DNA of 63,962 bases, counting the filler, from Diploschistes diacapsis (Eukaryota), in assembly GCA_023645945.1 (NCBI GenBank). It is 9 parts of 9 records of this genome, joined end to end, with 100 filler letters (N's around TTAATTAATTAA, not from the genome) between each part and the next. Parts side by side here need not be neighbours in the genome. Positions count along the whole stretch, not along the records: positions 61,915 to 63,962 come from JALAIB010002412.1; 8 more parts are not named here. The stretch is one strand, 5' to 3'. Made by a program: the position numbers and the translations under genes. Shown piece after piece: positions 61,915 to 63,962 of the stretch (positions are counted from its first letter, which is position 1; each line of letters starts with the position of its first letter). Below the pieces are notes generated by a model that saw nothing but the letters and a program-made list of their open reading frames with translations, did no database searches and was not told the origin of the DNA.

Positions 61915-63962
61915 CGCTTTCATATTGGTCGTGATCGAGCAGTGGCCCTTAAGGGTCCCTAATAATATTAATACGTAAAGGAAGTTACAAGCTAAACACG
62001 AGAGAAAGAAAACGCGATAATCCGTGAATCTTCCGGGTTAATCTATAAATAATTCGAAAAAGAAGAGGAACGATATTCCTTACTTAACTTTTTACGCTAT
62101 TTTATTACTTTTTTTTTATATTCTTTTGATTCTTTTTTAGAATCATAACATTATATTTTCTTTTATTCTTTTTGTTGTAAAGCCTCTGGCTTCAACAATA
62201 CACTAAATTTTCTTTCCTCGTTCTTTATATCCGCCTTATTCTTTTATTATTCTTCCCTTCTTTTTTTTTTTATTCTCTGGTTTTCTCGTTCCGATAATAT
62301 TGGTTATTTTATTCATTTGTTTTTTGCTGTTCTTCCTTAAAACTCGTATTTAATCTCGTATTCGATACTTGTTCTTTAACGTTCGTATTCGTATAATTCT
62401 ATTTAATCTACTTATTCTTATTCGATTCGTTTTTTTTCGTATTCGTATTCGCGTAATCCTAATTAATTTATTCAATTTCCATTCGGTATCGAGTAATTCG
62501 AGCTAATAATATTTATCGTTTCTAATATCGATAATTTTTAACTTTTAATTCTTTCTTAACATTTTATTTGTTCGTAGCTTAACCTTTTAAATATATCTTA
62601 ATTAAATTTTATTTTTTTATCTTTTTAATATTAGTAGGTCATTTAGGAATAATTAAGTATTTTTTTTATTTCTTTTTTTATATTCTTATAAATAATGTTT
62701 TTTTATTATGTTTAGAACTTTTAGATCGTAACTTTTTCCTTATCTTTCGTAAGATGTAGAAGGGTCTTTAGACAAGTCCTTAGGTTAGCTTTTATTATAA
62801 ACACAAGACGCGTTGTCTAAGGAGACTTCCCTTGCTGTAATAGGTAGATAGTCGTAGGTGGTGTAATAAAGGAATGTAGTGTGATTTCGTAGTTAATAGC
62901 ATACCTAGGTAGGACATTTGTAAGGTGTAGAATACATGAATTGTCCAGAGCTACATAGCAGGCCTTCTTAAATGGAGCTGCCCTGAGGGGACTACCCCCA
63001 CCAAGTCTACCGCCCACTTTTATGTTTACAATAAAATCATTAACAGTATCATTTCGTTCGAGATACACTAGCTTAGACTCTCTTGCTGCCGACATATTTT
63101 TTAGTTAGCAACTGAGCCCATACCTATTTAAATAAGCTATTAAGCTGCCAAAGTTCTGATAGGTTATTAAAGAGTTCAGAACTGTAGTTTAACCGTTGTT
63201 GTAACGCTTTAAGAGTTTTAAAAATCTATTATTTTTATTATTGTTATCGAAGTCGGTTAAAAAGAAAGATAAATAGAAGTAAATAAAGATGAAAAGAAAT
63301 TTATAGATTTTAAAAAAGAATTTATAGAAAATATAAGTAAATCTATCTTATATTTAAATAAATAATTATCCGACCGGGTTATTAAATATTAAATAAATCG
63401 ATTTATTTTTTTCGATTATTAAATCATCCTCGATTGTTAAATCGCCTTCAATACGATTTAAATAATTATCTTTAACACGAGCTAAAGTTGAGTAATCTAT
63501 CTTAAAATCGTCTGAAAGCTTACTTTTATTATTTAGCCCGTCTCCTCCGTAAAAGGTACGAGCTTTTAGATTAATATTAGAATCTTAACCGGGTTTTAAT
63601 CGATTTACGAATCGTAGATCAGGGTTTTTCTTATTAAAAAGAAATAGGATCCAACCGTTTTTAAAATTACGACCGTTATAACTCCCTTCAGCACCTTTCT
63701 TTAAAAACATGGAATTTATATCTACTTAGTTAAATTAATTAAGGGGTTTGATAATTAAATTACAGCAGAACCCGATTTTAGGCCCTTAAGGTTTATTAAA
63801 ACCTATAAAACTAATTAGAAAACCTAATAAAGTTATTATGGTTTTAAAGAATAGGTTTAATTTTAAGTTTATCTGCTATTTCGATCCCGACGATATATAA
63901 TTAGTTATAAAAATAAAAAAGTCTTATAATCGATTTTACGATATCTTCGTTTTCATTATTAG
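61915..63962. mobile_element. AT-rich RIP-degraded nested repeat block
   Basis: Extreme AT and TpA richness, no intact ORFs. Confidence 0.65.
62755..63161 (+). mobile_element. putative Copia 5' LTR
   Basis: A less-degraded ~407-bp segment starting TGTAG and ending GATA (possibly RIP of GACA), followed by GGTTAT as in the fungal Copia PBS region. No TSD or second LTR visible. Confidence 0.45.

Noticed and set aside
1..63962. tRNA, rRNA or snoRNA genes
   Set aside because: No convincing cloverleaf, 5S or box C/D structure seen by eye; tRNAscan-SE and Infernal would be needed to exclude them.

Overview
Filamentous ascomycete (Pezizomycotina) nuclear DNA with spliceosomal introns. The window is nine sequence blocks joined by identical artificial 100-nt spacers (N44-TTAATTAATTAA-N44). 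Block sizes (>=24415, 2054, 2052, 2051, 2051, 24391, 2051, 2049, >=2048 nt) suggest concatenated unlinked contigs, so adjacency across gaps should not be interpreted. Block 1 carries a Swi6/Cdc10-like APSES-ankyrin factor, an LYR-like protein, a LIM-RhoGAP, an ~8 kb accessory island (truncated gene, two broken kinases, YqfO-like gene with a GC-AG intron, HET remnant, two F-box-like genes) and an S28 peptidase with a MITE in its last intron. The second long block carries MED14, RPA135, ARL8, an RCR-family gene, SRC1 and PDI1. The short blocks hold an amidohydrolase, THI80, an APC permease, and RIP-degraded transposons: a hAT MITE nested in a Copia gag, a Fot1 end, a Harbinger-like MITE, a Tc1/DD34E element in a secreted-peptide gene, and an LTR. 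A recurring C-rich/GC-rich/G-rich skew inversion that ignores gene direction is the most unusual unexplained signal. I found no convincing new multi-gene system.
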